Source of the DNA: Clostridia bacterium
GTDB lineage: Bacteria; Bacillota; Clostridia; Monoglobales; Firm-18
DNA: 64,000 bases
Direction: 5' to 3'
NCBI GenBank assembly: GCA_045654805.1
Contig: JAZOOD010000060.1
Coordinates: forward strand, 10,491-74,490
Both the position numbers and the translations under genes were made by a program. Under the pieces are notes generated by a model that had not been told where the DNA came from, did no database searches, and saw nothing but the letters and a program-made list of their open reading frames with translations. Shown piece by piece: positions 9,899 through 20,551 of the stretch (its first letter is position 1; each line of letters begins with the position of its first letter).

Positions 9899-10132
9899 TT
9901 ATTCAGCAGCAACTATTGCCTCTGCTGATACAGGAGCAGCACTACCGTAGTTACGTTCTACCTTACCGGAACGCAAGCAACGTGTACATACATAAACCTT
10001 TTTATGTTCACCGTTAACTATGGCTCTAACTCTTTTGATGTTTGGCTTCCACATTCTATTGCTTCTTCTGTGTGAATGGCTGACTTTTATACCAAAAGCT
10101 ACACCCTTACCACAAACTTCACACTTTGCCAT
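9899..10132 (-). CDS. rpmB: 50S ribosomal protein L28 (Zn-ribbon form, extended C-terminus)
   Basis: MAKCEVCGKGVAFGIKVSHSHRRSNRMWKPNIKRVRA...VCTRCLRSGKVER. The start is taken at the ATG preceded by AAGGAGGTG (10132), not the upstream ATG at 10141. Confidence 0.93.
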   Translation of the reverse strand: MAKCEVCGKGVAFGIKVSHSHRRSNRMWKPNIKRVRAIVNGEHKKVYVCTRCLRSGKVERNYGSAAPVSAEAIVAAE

Positions 10133-10201
10133 GCTTCGCACCTCCTTATATAATCACAAAACAATTAACACATTTTCTCAAAATTTTATACAGCGTCTTA
10201 T

Positions 10202-10230
10202 ATTATAACAAACTTTTTCCAACTTTGCAA
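10202..10230 (-). promoter_or_regulatory. Sigma-A type promoter of rpmB
   Basis: On the minus strand, TTGCAA (10230-10225), a 17-nt spacer, then TATAAT (10207-10202). Confidence 0.7.
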
Positions 10231-10238
10231 GTACTTTA

Positions 10239-10772
10239 TTAAATTTTTTTTGAACGAAGTGAAAAAAATTTGAAAATATACCCAAAAAGTGCAAAAGCAC
10301 AGGATATAATAATTATTATTGCTATAACGCTTTTCATTGTTTCATTTAAAACAGAATAAAATAAAGTGACAAATGTAACTGCAATATAAAATATGATTGT
10401 AGCAATTTTACCACACCAATTAGATGACACCACATAATCCTTCTTTTTGTAAAGAGCAATGCCACCTATTAATAAAAGTACATCCTTTATAATAAGGAAA
10501 GCAAACAGATACCACATTATAGGATAGTTTTTGATTGCCAGACAAAATACCGTCATAACCTGTGTAAGCTTATCTGCCAAAGGGTCCAGTATTTTACCCA
10601 AATTGGTAATCATATTAAATTTTCTTGCAATAAATCCATCACAGCAATCCGTAATACCTGATATTACGAGTAATATGCCCGCAGTAAAAAAGTCATCACA
10701 CACAACGAACTCATATGTAAATATCGGCACCAGAATAATCCTCAAAATGGACAATAAATTTGGAATATTCAA
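10239..10772 (-). CDS. pgsA: CDP-diacylglycerol--glycerol-3-phosphate 3-phosphatidyltransferase
   Basis: 177 aa membrane protein with the CDP-alcohol phosphatidyltransferase motif DGFIARKFNMITNLGKILDPLADK. Confidence 0.88.
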   Translation of the reverse strand: MNIPNLLSILRIILVPIFTYEFVVCDDFFTAGILLVISGITDCCDGFIARKFNMITNLGKILDPLADKLTQVMTVFCLAIKNYPIMWYLFAFLIIKDVLLLIGGIALYKKKDYVVSSNWCGKIATIIFYIAVTFVTLFYSVLNETMKSVIAIIIIISCAFALFGYIFKFFSLRSKKI

Positions 10773-10784
10773 AAAAGCACTTCC

Positions 10785-11759
10785 TTAAATTGACAAAATT
10801 TTTGATAGTTCTATCAAATCTTCTCTTGGCTTGCTTTCCATTGAAAGAGCTTCAAATATGTCTATGTCATATATTTCACTGTTTTTAACACCAATAACCC
10901 TGTTACCTATACCGTCCTTAAGAAGCTGAACAGCACGGCAACCCATTTCGCTGGCACGGGTACGGTCTAAAACAGTAGGACTTCCTCCTCTTTGCAGATA
11001 ACCAAGAATAGTAGTTCTAGTTTCAATACCGGTTTCCTCTTGCACACTCTTTTCAAGGTCAGCCACATCGGTTTTAACCCCTTCGGCAAGAATAATAATA
11101 AAGTGTTTCTTATTTCTATTACGACCTTGTTCAATTGGTTTTAGGATATCGTTTTCAAAATCAATTTCCTTTTCAGGAATCAAAATAGCCTCTGCACCTG
11201 ATGCAATACCAACATTAAGTGCAATATTACCGGAATTTCTTCCCATAACTTTTATAATGTTACAACGGCTATGACTGTTGGCAGTATCTCTGATTTTGTC
11301 AACTGCTTCCATAGCTGTGTTTATCGCCGTATCAAAGCCAATTGTATATTCCGTATATGCAAGGTCATTATCTATTGTACCGGGAATACCGATTGTAGGC
11401 AATCCCTCTGCGCATAAATCCCTTGCACCGCGGAAGGAACCGTCGCCGCCTATAACTACCATACCGTCTATACCAAAGTATCCTGCCTCATTAATACCAC
11501 GACGCACGCCCTCTATTTCTTTAAATTCCCTACTTCTGGCAGTTTTAAGTATTGTACCGCCTCGCTGCATAGTATCGGAAACATAACGAGCATCCATTTC
11601 AAAAATGTCACCGTGCAATAAACCTTCATATCCATTTTTAATACCCATTACACGGATGCCATAAAACTTTGCCGCACGTACAACCGCACGGATAGCCGCA
11701 TTCATACCCGGTGCATCACCACCGCTGGTCAATACTCCTATACAATGTACCTTTGACAT
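10785..11759 (-). CDS. pfkA: ATP-dependent 6-phosphofructokinase
   Basis: MSKVHCIGVLTSGGDAPGMNAAIRAVVR... and ...IGGDGS...PGTIDND. The start is taken at the ATG after GGGGG (11759); the track ORF begins at 11777. Confidence 0.96.
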   Translation of the reverse strand: MSKVHCIGVLTSGGDAPGMNAAIRAVVRAAKFYGIRVMGIKNGYEGLLHGDIFEMDARYVSDTMQRGGTILKTARSREFKEIEGVRRGINEAGYFGIDGMVVIGGDGSFRGARDLCAEGLPTIGIPGTIDNDLAYTEYTIGFDTAINTAMEAVDKIRDTANSHSRCNIIKVMGRNSGNIALNVGIASGAEAILIPEKEIDFENDILKPIEQGRNRNKKHFIIILAEGVKTDVADLEKSVQEETGIETRTTILGYLQRGGSPTVLDRTRASEMGCRAVQLLKDGIGNRVIGVKNSEIYDIDIFEALSMESKPREDLIELSKILSI

Positions 11760-11778
11760 ATTAAAACCCCCAATCAAA

Positions 11779-11961
11779 CTAAAATGTCATATCAATCAAA
11801 ACACCGTGAGCTTGTTCCACTTCTGTAGAAGGAACAAGAATATCGAATTTATTTTCACTTGCAGCACATATTATTTTAACCAAAATGTGCTTGCTTCTCA
11901 AAGCATCGCACAAATTTTCAGACATTTGTCTGTCCTGTGCTGTATAAACAACAGTCCACAT
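11779..11961 (-). CDS. Small hypothetical protein (possibly DUF2007-like) between dnaE and pfkA
   Basis: About 60 aa from the ATG at 11961, preceded by GGAGG. Product starts MWTVVYTAQDRQMSENLCDALRSKHILVKII... The stop lies 1 nt before the upstream ATG of the pfkA ORF (11777) and 17 nt before the pfkA start called here (11759). The family call is tentative. Confidence 0.5.
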   Translation of the reverse strand: MWTVVYTAQDRQMSENLCDALRSKHILVKIICAASENKFDILVPSTEVEQAHGVLIDMTF

Positions 11962-12111
11962 ACTACCTCCAAAATATTTGCCGGACCGGGAAACGAAAAT
12001 CACCCCAGTCTCTTATTATATGGTCAGGGACCATATTTACACATCATTTCTATTTTACAACAAAAATTGATAAAAATCAATAGGTATTTTACCATATTTG
12101 TAAACGACACT

Positions 12112-15100
12112 TTACTTTACAATGAATTGGCAATCATCACCAAAATTGTGTTTAAGATGCTTTTCCAGTGCGGGTACCGGTTCTATCCACAAGCTTTTAT
12201 CTGCCTCATAATATTTATTTTCAGCCTCTACATATAAGTATACCGGAATGTCTCCGGAATAAATCTTGAGAAGTTCCTTTACCATATCTATTTTATCTTC
12301 TTTACCAGCAGGAATTTTGATATATGCCTTTTTATAAGAATGCATCTTAAGTGCCCTGATACTGTCTACCAATATTTTAGGTGTACTCTCCTCGTCGCCA
12401 TCAACCTTGCCGCTGATGCATATTTTACTGCCCTCGGATATAAGCTTTTCGTATGTATTAAATGTTGCAGGAAAGACAACAAGCTCAATACTGCCGGTTA
12501 AATCTTCAAACTCTACAAAAGCCATTTGAGAATTATTTTTAGTTAACTTTGTTTTATAGGATGTAACCAATCCGCCTATTTTGACATCCTGTCCGTCCTT
12601 TACACTACCTTCCCCGCTACCGTCAAAGGAATTAATTATATCGGAAATCGTAACATTGGAACATTTTTCAATAATATCAAAATACTCATCCAAAGGATGA
12701 CCCGAAAGATATACTCCCATTGCCTCTTTTTCAACACGTAATATATATTCTTTTGAAAATGGATTTACATTAGGTAAATCATCCTCAATCATATCCGATT
12801 CCCCAAGAAAACTGACCTGACCGGAAAAATTGTATCTTGCAGATGAGGAAGTTTCATCAACTACTTGTTCATAACAAGCAAGATATTGAGCACGGCTTCC
12901 CTTACCTACCCTGTCAAAGGCACCCGCCTTAATCAAATATTCCAATGCTCTTTTGTTAACACCGTCATCACTATTATTCAAACAAAATTCTCTTAACGTA
13001 GTATAACCCTTACCGCGGTTTTTAATGATATTTGACACAAAGTTCCTTCCTACATTTTTAACAGCGGACATACCATACCTTATATTATTTCCTGAAGGTG
13101 TAAAATCCGCATAGCTTTCATTAACATCAACAGGCAATAGCTTTATACCCATTTTAGGTAATTGCATAATGTATTCATTAAGTTTAGAAGTATTATTCAT
13201 TTGTGATGACATCAAAGCAGCCATAAATTCCACTTTATAGAATGTCTTAAGATATGCAGTCTGATAAGCAACTACCGCATAAGCCGCCGCATGGGATTTA
13301 TTAAAGGCATATTTGCCAAAATCCGCCATTTCGTTAAAGATTGATTCAGCAACCTCCTCGGAAACACCATTCTTCACAGCACCGCATACCTCATCGTCAC
13401 CATATATAAAAGCGTTCTTTTCCTTTAAGATAACCTCAGGTTTCTTCTTGCCCATAGCCTTACGCAAAACATCTGCTCTGCCAAGGGAATAGCCTGCAAG
13501 TGTCTGTACTATTTGCATAACCTGTTCCTGATACACGATACATCCATAGGTAGATTCAAGAATAGGCTTCAGTAAAGGATGTTTGTATGTGATTTTACTA
13601 TGATTATTCTTATTTTCTATATACCTTGGTATAGAATCCGCAGGTCCCGGTCTGTAAAGTGCAATACCTGCAATAACATCCTCCATACATCCGGGCTTTA
13701 ATTCCCTCATAAAATTCTTCATACCGGCACTTTCAAGCTGGAATACACCGTCTGTATTACCTGAGGAAATAAGGGCATAAACCTCTTTTTTAGACATATC
13801 AATTTTATTGATGTCAATTTCTATGCCTTTACACATTTTAATATTATTTATTGCATTTTTTATAACTGTAAGGTTGCGAAGTCCCAAAAAGTCCATCTTT
13901 AAAAGACCAAGTTCTTCCAAAGTAGTCATTACATACTGTGTAACAGGCTGTTCATCGGATAATGCCAGCGGAACATAATCACTTACCTCGTGGTGTGTAA
14001 TAACTACACCTGCAGCGTGAGTTGAAGCATGTCTCGGCAATCCCTCAAGTTCTCTTGCAATATCTATCATTTCTCTAACCTGTGGGCTGGATTCATATTT
14101 TTCCCTTAGTTTCTGATTATCCGCAAGTGCTTTGTCAATAGTCTGCCCCGGTGTGGCAGGAATCATCTTAGCAACAACATCTACGTCCGCATAGGGAATG
14201 TTTATAACCCTTCCTACATCACGTATTACAGAACGTGCTGACAATGTACCGAAAGTTATAATCTGAGCAACGTTGTTATTACCGTACTTTTCACGTACAT
14301 AATTTATAACCTCACCGCGTCTTTCGATACAAAAGTCCATATCAATATCAGGCATTGTTATACGGGAAGGATTCAAAAATCTTTCAAAAATCAAACTATA
14401 TTTAATAGGGTCAATAGTTGTAATATCGAGGCAGTATGAAACAAGGCTGCCCGCCGCACTGCCTCTACCTGGACCAACATATATACCGCTTGTTTTAGCG
14501 TATTTAATAAAATCCCATACAATAAGAAAATAGTCGGTAAAACCCATATTATTTATAACACCAAGTTCATATTCCAGACGTGGCAAATGCTGGGTATAAT
14601 TTTCATACCTTTCTTTTAGTCCCTGTATGCAAAGCTTTCTTAGAAATTCAAAATGGTCAACACCGTCAGGAAGCTTGAATAACGGCAGATGATAGTTACC
14701 AAACTCCAACTCCACATTACACATATCGGCAATTTTTACCGTATTTTCAACTGCCTGAGGAAGTGTTTTAAAAAGTTGTGCCATTTCATCAGATGATTTT
14801 AAATACATCTCATCTGTTTCAAATTTCATTCTGTCGGTTTCAGATTCCTTTTTGCCCATTTGAATACACATAAGAATATCCTGATACCTTGCATCTCTTT
14901 TACTTACATAATGTACGTCATTAGTTGCAACAACACCTACGCCCAATTCCCTGGCAAAGTTAATAAGATGAGTATTAACCTGCATTTCTTCCTTTATACC
15001 GTGGTTTTGCAATTCAAGGAAGAAATTTTCCTTTCCAAAAATACTTATATATTCCTGAACAAGTAGTCTTGCACTATCTATATCATTATTTAAAATTGCC

Positions 15101-15534
15101 TGAGGTATTTCTCCCGCCACGCAGGCAGAAAGACATATTAACCCTTCACTGTACTGTCTTAGGGTGCTTTTGTCGATACGTGGTTTTACATAGTATCCAT
15201 CTATGTGAGCTATACTTACCAGCTTTACAAGATTTTTATAACCTGTATTATTTTTTGCAAGCAATATCAAATGATAACGCTTGGTATCATAAGGATGTTC
15301 CTTCTCATACAAGGTACGTGGGGAAACATACATTTCGCAACCGATAATTGGCTTAATACCGTTTTTTTTAGCCTCTTTATAAAAATCAACAACACCGTAC
15401 ATTACACCATGGTCAGTAATGGCAAGGGCAGACTGGTTATGCCTTTTTGCCTCTTCTATTAACTTTTCAATCCTGCAGGCACCGTCCAAAAGACTATACG
15501 CAGTATGTGTATGAAGATGTACAAAATCCGCCAT
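12112..15534 (-). CDS. dnaE: DNA polymerase III alpha subunit (DnaE type)
   Basis: About 1140 aa with PHP domain start MADFVHLHTHTAYSLLDG. The start is at the ATG after AGGAGG (15534); the track ORF begins at 15579. Confidence 0.97.
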   Translation of the reverse strand: MADFVHLHTHTAYSLLDGACRIEKLIEEAKRHNQSALAITDHGVMYGVVDFYKEAKKNGIKPIIGCEMYVSPRTLYEKEHPYDTKRYHLILLAKNNTGYKNLVKLVSIAHIDGYYVKPRIDKSTLRQYSEGLICLSACVAGEIPQAILNNDIDSARLLVQEYISIFGKENFFLELQNHGIKEEMQVNTHLINFARELGVGVVATNDVHYVSKRDARYQDILMCIQMGKKESETDRMKFETDEMYLKSSDEMAQLFKTLPQAVENTVKIADMCNVELEFGNYHLPLFKLPDGVDHFEFLRKLCIQGLKERYENYTQHLPRLEYELGVINNMGFTDYFLIVWDFIKYAKTSGIYVGPGRGSAAGSLVSYCLDITTIDPIKYSLIFERFLNPSRITMPDIDMDFCIERRGEVINYVREKYGNNNVAQIITFGTLSARSVIRDVGRVINIPYADVDVVAKMIPATPGQTIDKALADNQKLREKYESSPQVREMIDIARELEGLPRHASTHAAGVVITHHEVSDYVPLALSDEQPVTQYVMTTLEELGLLKMDFLGLRNLTVIKNAINNIKMCKGIEIDINKIDMSKKEVYALISSGNTDGVFQLESAGMKNFMRELKPGCMEDVIAGIALYRPGPADSIPRYIENKNNHSKITYKHPLLKPILESTYGCIVYQEQVMQIVQTLAGYSLGRADVLRKAMGKKKPEVILKEKNAFIYGDDEVCGAVKNGVSEEVAESIFNEMADFGKYAFNKSHAAAYAVVAYQTAYLKTFYKVEFMAALMSSQMNNTSKLNEYIMQLPKMGIKLLPVDVNESYADFTPSGNNIRYGMSAVKNVGRNFVSNIIKNRGKGYTTLREFCLNNSDDGVNKRALEYLIKAGAFDRVGKGSRAQYLACYEQVVDETSSSARYNFSGQVSFLGESDMIEDDLPNVNPFSKEYILRVEKEAMGVYLSGHPLDEYFDIIEKCSNVTISDIINSFDGSGEGSVKDGQDVKIGGLVTSYKTKLTKNNSQMAFVEFEDLTGSIELVVFPATFNTYEKLISEGSKICISGKVDGDEESTPKILVDSIRALKMHSYKKAYIKIPAGKEDKIDMVKELLKIYSGDIPVYLYVEAENKYYEADKSLWIEPVPALEKHLKHNFGDDCQFIVK

Positions 15535-15553
15535 ATTGACCTCCTGTGTAATT

Positions 15554-16432
15554 TTATTTTTCAAACTCTGCAAGTGCAAGCAATTTTCTCATTCTGTGGT
15601 TCACACCTGACTTTGATATACCTAACCTTTCTGCCATTTCCGAAAGTGGCATATCCAGATTTTCAAGCCTTAACTTTGCAACCTCTGCAAGCTCCGGAGA
15701 AATACTCTGCCACCCATGCTCCAAAACAATCTTTTTAATAGCATTTTGTTGTTTAAGTGCCGCACCAAACACCTTTGTGGCATTAGCCGCCTCAAAATTC
15801 GCCCGTCTGTTAACAGAATTACGCACATCACGTTCTATAACAACATTTACAAACTCCATCATCTTGCTGTGTGCACCTATTGAGGCAAGCAAATTTTCTA
15901 TCTGCTGGCTTTCTTTAATGTAAAAGACAAAATTCCCGTTACGGTTAATCATTTTAGGGTACAGTTCAAAGTATTCAAACACCTGACGCAAATCTTTTTC
16001 CAAAGAGAAATGGTTTGAAACCAGTTCTACGTGATATCCCTTTACAGGGTCTATCATACTTCCCCCGCCAAGGAAAACACCCCTTAAAATTGCAGATTTG
16101 CAACATTCATTACGCACTAATTCCCTGTCTATATGCAATGGTACTCCAACAAGTTTCATATCACGGAGAACCTTTATAACCTCTACACCATAAAGTGTGG
16201 CATAATAAACCCCTGCATCTGTAACATCTACATTAATTTTTATGTTATACAAAAAAAACATCAGATCATAAAATCTCTGTGCAACTATTGCATTTTCAGT
16301 ACGAAGCTTTATTTCGTTGCCTTTTATCGTAGCACCGTAGCATACCAATCCCACAAGCTCCGCCCGTGCACAGCACACATCAGTAATTTCGATCTGGCAT
16401 ATTTCACCCCTGACATCTGATGCAAAAGACAT
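15554..16432 (-). CDS. whiA: DNA-binding protein WhiA
   Basis: About 292 aa starting MSFASDVRGEI, with a C-terminal HTH (LSEMAERLGISKSGVNHRMRKL). ATG at 16432 lies 7 nt after AAGGAGG. Confidence 0.92.
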   Translation of the reverse strand: MSFASDVRGEICQIEITDVCCARAELVGLVCYGATIKGNEIKLRTENAIVAQRFYDLMFFLYNIKINVDVTDAGVYYATLYGVEVIKVLRDMKLVGVPLHIDRELVRNECCKSAILRGVFLGGGSMIDPVKGYHVELVSNHFSLEKDLRQVFEYFELYPKMINRNGNFVFYIKESQQIENLLASIGAHSKMMEFVNVVIERDVRNSVNRRANFEAANATKVFGAALKQQNAIKKIVLEHGWQSISPELAEVAKLRLENLDMPLSEMAERLGISKSGVNHRMRKLLALAEFEK

Positions 16433-16470
16433 ATCCACACCTCCTTACAACATATCATAATTATACAATA

Positions 16471-16510
16471 AAAAAAGGACAAAAACAAGTAATAAAACTG
16501 TTTTTGTCCA
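16471..16510 (-). terminator. Rho-independent terminator downstream of the amidohydrolase gene
   Basis: GGACAAAAACA (16478-16488) pairs with TGTTTTTGTCC (16499-16509). A U-run follows on the minus transcript. Confidence 0.75.
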
Positions 16511-16514
16511 AAGA

Positions 16515-17321
16515 TTATAAATCAAGTATTTTTATAGCATTTTTATGTGTAATCAAGTCCATATCTTCATCAGTTAAATCAAGTGTTTTCAATACATCAA
16601 ATGGTCCCGACTGACTTCCCCATGGTGAATCACTGCCATAGAGTATTTTATTTGCTCCGTGATTATTTATAATACGCGCAAGCTGGTCTTTTTTCACAAA
16701 ATCACAGGAATATGATATATCAAAGCTTATATTTGTACCAACAAGATATTTTTCCACGTCATCCCACATCTCAAAGCCACCAAGATGTGCAGCTATGAGA
16801 TACTTACCGCTGACATAATCCAACAATTTTTTCATTTTCTTAACGTCAGCAATATCTGATGAAGGAAATCCAACATCATCCCCTGAGTGAAACATTGTAT
16901 ATAACCCAAGTTTTTCCGCCTTTTCAACTATGCGGATAATCTCCGGACTATCTACATATACATTCTGATACTGGGGATGCAATTTAATCCCTTTAAATCC
17001 TCTTTTTGCAAGATTTTCCAGAACATTCTCCCAATCCTCCTGAAGTGGGTGCAAACTACCGAAGGATAAAATGTTCCCTGCTGTTATTTTCTCTGCATAA
17101 TCGTTTATTGAGGATGTCTGGGAAGGTTTAGTAGCTATGGGCATAACGATGCTCATATCAATACTGTTTTCATCCATTGACTTCTTCAAGCTATCCACCG
17201 TTCCCTCTGTATAGGAAATCGACTTTACGCCCCTTGCTCTATATACATTTTCCTTTAAAACCTCTAATGTTTTCGCCGCAATCTTAGGCGGAAACACGTG
17301 AGTATGAAAATCTATAATCAT
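16515..17321 (-). CDS. Amidohydrolase-family metal-dependent hydrolase
   Basis: MIIDFHTHVFPPKI... HxH start and TIM-barrel hydrolase pattern. ATG at 17321 follows GGTGA. Confidence 0.8.
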   Translation of the reverse strand: MIIDFHTHVFPPKIAAKTLEVLKENVYRARGVKSISYTEGTVDSLKKSMDENSIDMSIVMPIATKPSQTSSINDYAEKITAGNILSFGSLHPLQEDWENVLENLAKRGFKGIKLHPQYQNVYVDSPEIIRIVEKAEKLGLYTMFHSGDDVGFPSSDIADVKKMKKLLDYVSGKYLIAAHLGGFEMWDDVEKYLVGTNISFDISYSCDFVKKDQLARIINNHGANKILYGSDSPWGSQSGPFDVLKTLDLTDEDMDLITHKNAIKILDL

Positions 17322-17336
17322 ATTTCTCACCACTTA

Positions 17337-17876
17337 CTATTTCAAATATTTCCTTACATTTTTGTCATAGGCGTCAATAGAGCTTTGAATAACTCTTAAT
17401 GCTTCTTCCCTTCCGCATATTTCATCAACAACCGTAACCTTTTCTTCAAGCATTTTATATACTTCAAAGAAGTGCTTTATTTCATCAAACTGATGACGTG
17501 GAAGTTCAGAAATATCGTTATACATATTAAGCGACGGGTCAGTATATGGGATTGCTATAATCTTTTCGTCAGTTTCGTTATCATCAGTCATCTTTAACAC
17601 TCCAATAGGATAACAGTCCACTATTGTTAAAATATCCAACTCCTCCTGACATAAAACCAAAACGTCAAGCGGGTCACCATCTTCGGATAATGTGAGCGGA
17701 ATAAAACCATAATTCTGCGGATAATGAGTGGAAGTAAATAAAATTCTGTCAAGACGGATTAATCCCGTCTTTTTATCAAGCTCGTATTTTTTATGACACT
17801 TTTTAGGTATTTCTATAAGACACACAAAACGTTCCGGTGTTACCCTTTCCTTTTCAAAATCATGCCATGGATTCAT
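17337..17876 (-). CDS. ppa: Inorganic pyrophosphatase (family I)
   Basis: 179 aa with ...YELDKKTGLIRLDRILFTSTHYPQNYGFIP.T...DGDPLDVLVL... Confidence 0.93.
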   Translation of the reverse strand: MNPWHDFEKERVTPERFVCLIEIPKKCHKKYELDKKTGLIRLDRILFTSTHYPQNYGFIPLTLSEDGDPLDVLVLCQEELDILTIVDCYPIGVLKMTDDNETDEKIIAIPYTDPSLNMYNDISELPRHQFDEIKHFFEVYKMLEEKVTVVDEICGREEALRVIQSSIDAYDKNVRKYLK

Positions 17877-17905
17877 TACATAATACCCCCTAATTATTTT
17901 ATGGA

Positions 17906-17939
17906 CAAAAAATCCGACCTCTAAAAAGTCGGATTTTTA
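17906..17939 (-). terminator. Rho-independent terminator downstream of pnp
   Basis: AATCCGAC pairs with GTCGGATT, with flanking A/T runs. It lies 9 nt after the pnp stop. Confidence 0.8.
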
Positions 17940-17947
17940 ATTAATTT

Positions 17948-20032
17948 TTACTCAGCATCTTTTTTTGACAAGTTTATTCTTCCCTTGTCATCAATTTCGA
18001 TAACCTTAACTTTGATTTCATCGCCAATATTTACAACGTCTTCTACCTTTTCAACTCTCTTTTCATCAAGTTTGGAAATGTGTACAAGACCTTCCTTACC
18101 AGGCAATATTTCAACAAATGCACCAAACTGCATAATTCTTGTTACTGTGCCAACATACACTTCACCAGGTTCAGGTTCCTTAACAATACCTGTGATAATA
18201 TCCTTAGCAGCCTGAAGCGAAGGACCGTCAACAGACATAATCAACACTCTGCCGTCGTCATCAATGTCAATCTTAACACCTGTGTCAGCAATAATCTTCT
18301 GTATTGTCTTACCACCGCTACCGATAACATCTCTTATCTTTTCAGGGTCAATATACATTGTTTCCACACGCGGAGCATATGCTGAAAGTTCTGCCCTTGG
18401 AGCTTCAATAGCCTTAAGCAATACTTCGTCAATAATTTTAATACGTGCAGCCTTAGTCTTAGCAAAAGCTTCTCTGATTATTTCAGGTGTAAGACCGTCA
18501 ATTTTAAGGTCCATCTGAATAGCTGTAATACCGTCTTTAGTACCTGCTACTTTAAAGTCCATATCGCCGTGGAAGTCTTCAAGACCTTGGATATCAAGCA
18601 TTGTCATAAAGCTGTCGCCTTCATCTATAAGACCAACAGAAATACCTGCAACAGGAGCCTTTATAGGTACACCTGCATCCATAAGTGCCAATGTACTACC
18701 ACATACTGAGGCCTGAGATGTTGAGCCGTTTGAAGAAAGGACTTCTGACACCAATCTTATAGCGTATGGAAATTCGTCTTCTGACGGAATAACAGGTTCC
18801 AAAGCACGTTCAGCCAAAGCTCCGTGACCCACTTCACGTCTTCCCGGACCTCTTGATGGCTTAGTTTCGCCAACAGAATATGATGGGAAATTATAATGGT
18901 GGATGTATCTCTTGTTCTGTTCTGATTCATCAAGACCGTCAAGCTTCTGGGCATCTCCAAGAGCACCCAAAGTCGCAACTGTAAGAACCTGAGTCTGTCC
19001 TCTTGTAAACATACCTGAACCGTGAACACGTGGAAGCAATGCAACTTCTGCACTTAGCGGACGGATATCATCAATACCACGGCCGTCAACACGCTTATGT
19101 TCATCCTTAAGCCAGCTTCTTACGATATTTTTCTGCATTTTATAAAGTACCTCACCGATTTCGGTGTCGTAGTTTTCGTATTTTTCAGCCAATTCTTCTG
19201 CAAGCTTTTCTTCAACAACCAACATTCTTGCATCACGGATTTTCTTGTCGTCTGTATCAAGAGCGTGCTTGATATCATCGATAGCGATTCTTTCAACATC
19301 GTCATACAAATCGTGATTGATATCAAAAGCTTCATACTTAATCTTTTCTTTTTTGCCTACTGCATCTGCAATTTCATCAACAAAGTCACAAAGTTTTTTA
19401 ATTTCCTCATGAGCAAGCATAATTGCATCGTATACAACATCATCAGGAACTTCCTTAGCACCTGCTTCTATCATACAAACCTTCTGGCGAGTACCGGAAA
19501 CAGTCATATTAAGCTGACTTACTTCTCTCTGTGCAGCAGTAGGATTAATAACAAATTCACCGTCAACAATACCAACGAATACGCTTGCAACAGGGCCGTT
19601 GAAAGGAATGTCGGAAATTGCGATAGCAATAGCTGTACCCATCATTGCACCAAATTCAGGAAGATTGTCCTGTTCAACGCTCAAAACTGTAGAAACGATA
19701 GATACATCGTTACGCAAATCCTTAGGGAACAAAGGACGTATTGGTCTGTCAATAACACGGCTTGTAAGAATAGCCTTGTCAGAAGGCTTACCTTCTCTCT
19801 TTGTAAAACCGCCAGGGATTTTACCTACTGAATAAAGCTTTTCCTCGTAATCAACACTTAAAGGAAAAAAGTCTATACCATCACGAGGCTTGTCCGAAGC
19901 TGTTACATTTGTCATAACAACTGTGTCGCCGTATCTTACGATACAGGAACCATTGGAAAGTTGTGCCATTTTGCCTGTTTCTACAACAAGCTTTCTACCT
20001 GCAACGATAGTTTCAAACTGTCTGAATGCCAT
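17948..20032 (-). CDS. pnp: Polyribonucleotide nucleotidyltransferase (PNPase)
   Basis: About 694 aa with two RNase PH domains plus KH and S1 ([20 protein letters not shown]). ATG at 20032 lies 8 nt after GGAGG; the track TTG at 20047 lies inside the RBS. Confidence 0.97.
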   Translation of the reverse strand: MAFRQFETIVAGRKLVVETGKMAQLSNGSCIVRYGDTVVMTNVTASDKPRDGIDFFPLSVDYEEKLYSVGKIPGGFTKREGKPSDKAILTSRVIDRPIRPLFPKDLRNDVSIVSTVLSVEQDNLPEFGAMMGTAIAIAISDIPFNGPVASVFVGIVDGEFVINPTAAQREVSQLNMTVSGTRQKVCMIEAGAKEVPDDVVYDAIMLAHEEIKKLCDFVDEIADAVGKKEKIKYEAFDINHDLYDDVERIAIDDIKHALDTDDKKIRDARMLVVEEKLAEELAEKYENYDTEIGEVLYKMQKNIVRSWLKDEHKRVDGRGIDDIRPLSAEVALLPRVHGSGMFTRGQTQVLTVATLGALGDAQKLDGLDESEQNKRYIHHYNFPSYSVGETKPSRGPGRREVGHGALAERALEPVIPSEDEFPYAIRLVSEVLSSNGSTSQASVCGSTLALMDAGVPIKAPVAGISVGLIDEGDSFMTMLDIQGLEDFHGDMDFKVAGTKDGITAIQMDLKIDGLTPEIIREAFAKTKAARIKIIDEVLLKAIEAPRAELSAYAPRVETMYIDPEKIRDVIGSGGKTIQKIIADTGVKIDIDDDGRVLIMSVDGPSLQAAKDIITGIVKEPEPGEVYVGTVTRIMQFGAFVEILPGKEGLVHISKLDEKRVEKVEDVVNIGDEIKVKVIEIDDKGRINLSKKDAE

Positions 20033-20160
20033 TTTAAATTCCTCCAATTTTTTTATATTTTACGAGGTATTTTTTAGCACTTAATTTTATGTACCCTACA
20101 ACAGATACACATAATTAACTGCTAACCAACACCTCATTTTAAACTGTTTTAAAAGCAATC

Positions 20161-20191
20161 AAACGAGTGATACACAAAGTATCACCCGTTT
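20161..20191 (-). terminator. Hairpin between rpsO and pnp (rpsO terminator / pnp leader stem)
   Basis: On the minus strand, CGGGTGATAC-TTTGT-GTATCACTCG followed by TTTG. It lies 10 nt after the rpsO stop. Confidence 0.7.
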
Positions 20192-20200
20192 ATTGTTTAA

Positions 20201-20464
20201 CTATTTTCTCAAGTTACATTTAGCTACAATAGCTCTGTATCTTTCGATATCTTTTTTCATAAGATAGTTCAAAAGACCACGTCTTTGACCAACCATTTTC
20301 AAAAGACCTCTTCTTGAATGATGGTCCTTCTTGTTAATCTTAAGATGTTCGTTAAGATGGTTGATTCTTTCAGTAAGGATAGCAATCTGAACTTCAGGAG
20401 AACCTGTATCAGTTTCGTGCAATTTGTATTTTGCAATAATATCCTGCTTTACTTCTTTCAACAT
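20201..20464 (-). CDS. rpsO: 30S ribosomal protein S15
   Basis: 87 aa with ...[43 protein letters not shown]... Confidence 0.98.
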   Translation of the reverse strand: MLKEVKQDIIAKYKLHETDTGSPEVQIAILTERINHLNEHLKINKKDHHSRRGLLKMVGQRRGLLNYLMKKDIERYRAIVAKCNLRK

Positions 20465-20551
20465 TGTGCATTCACCTCCACTTAATTATTACGCATAACC
20501 CGAGCATCAGGCGAGTGGAACTTTACCCCAAAACCCAGCATTAGCCATTAC

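Noticed and set aside
11806-12237. 143-aa plus-strand ORF
   Set aside because: It is antisense to the small ORF and to the dnaE 3' end, and it crosses an intergenic region without an RBS.
19097-19831. 244-aa plus-strand ORF
   Set aside because: It lies entirely antisense to pnp, whose product has unmistakable PNPase domains. The ORF has low-complexity, Phe/Ile/Asn-rich translation typical of antisense frames in AT-rich DNA, and it has no RBS.
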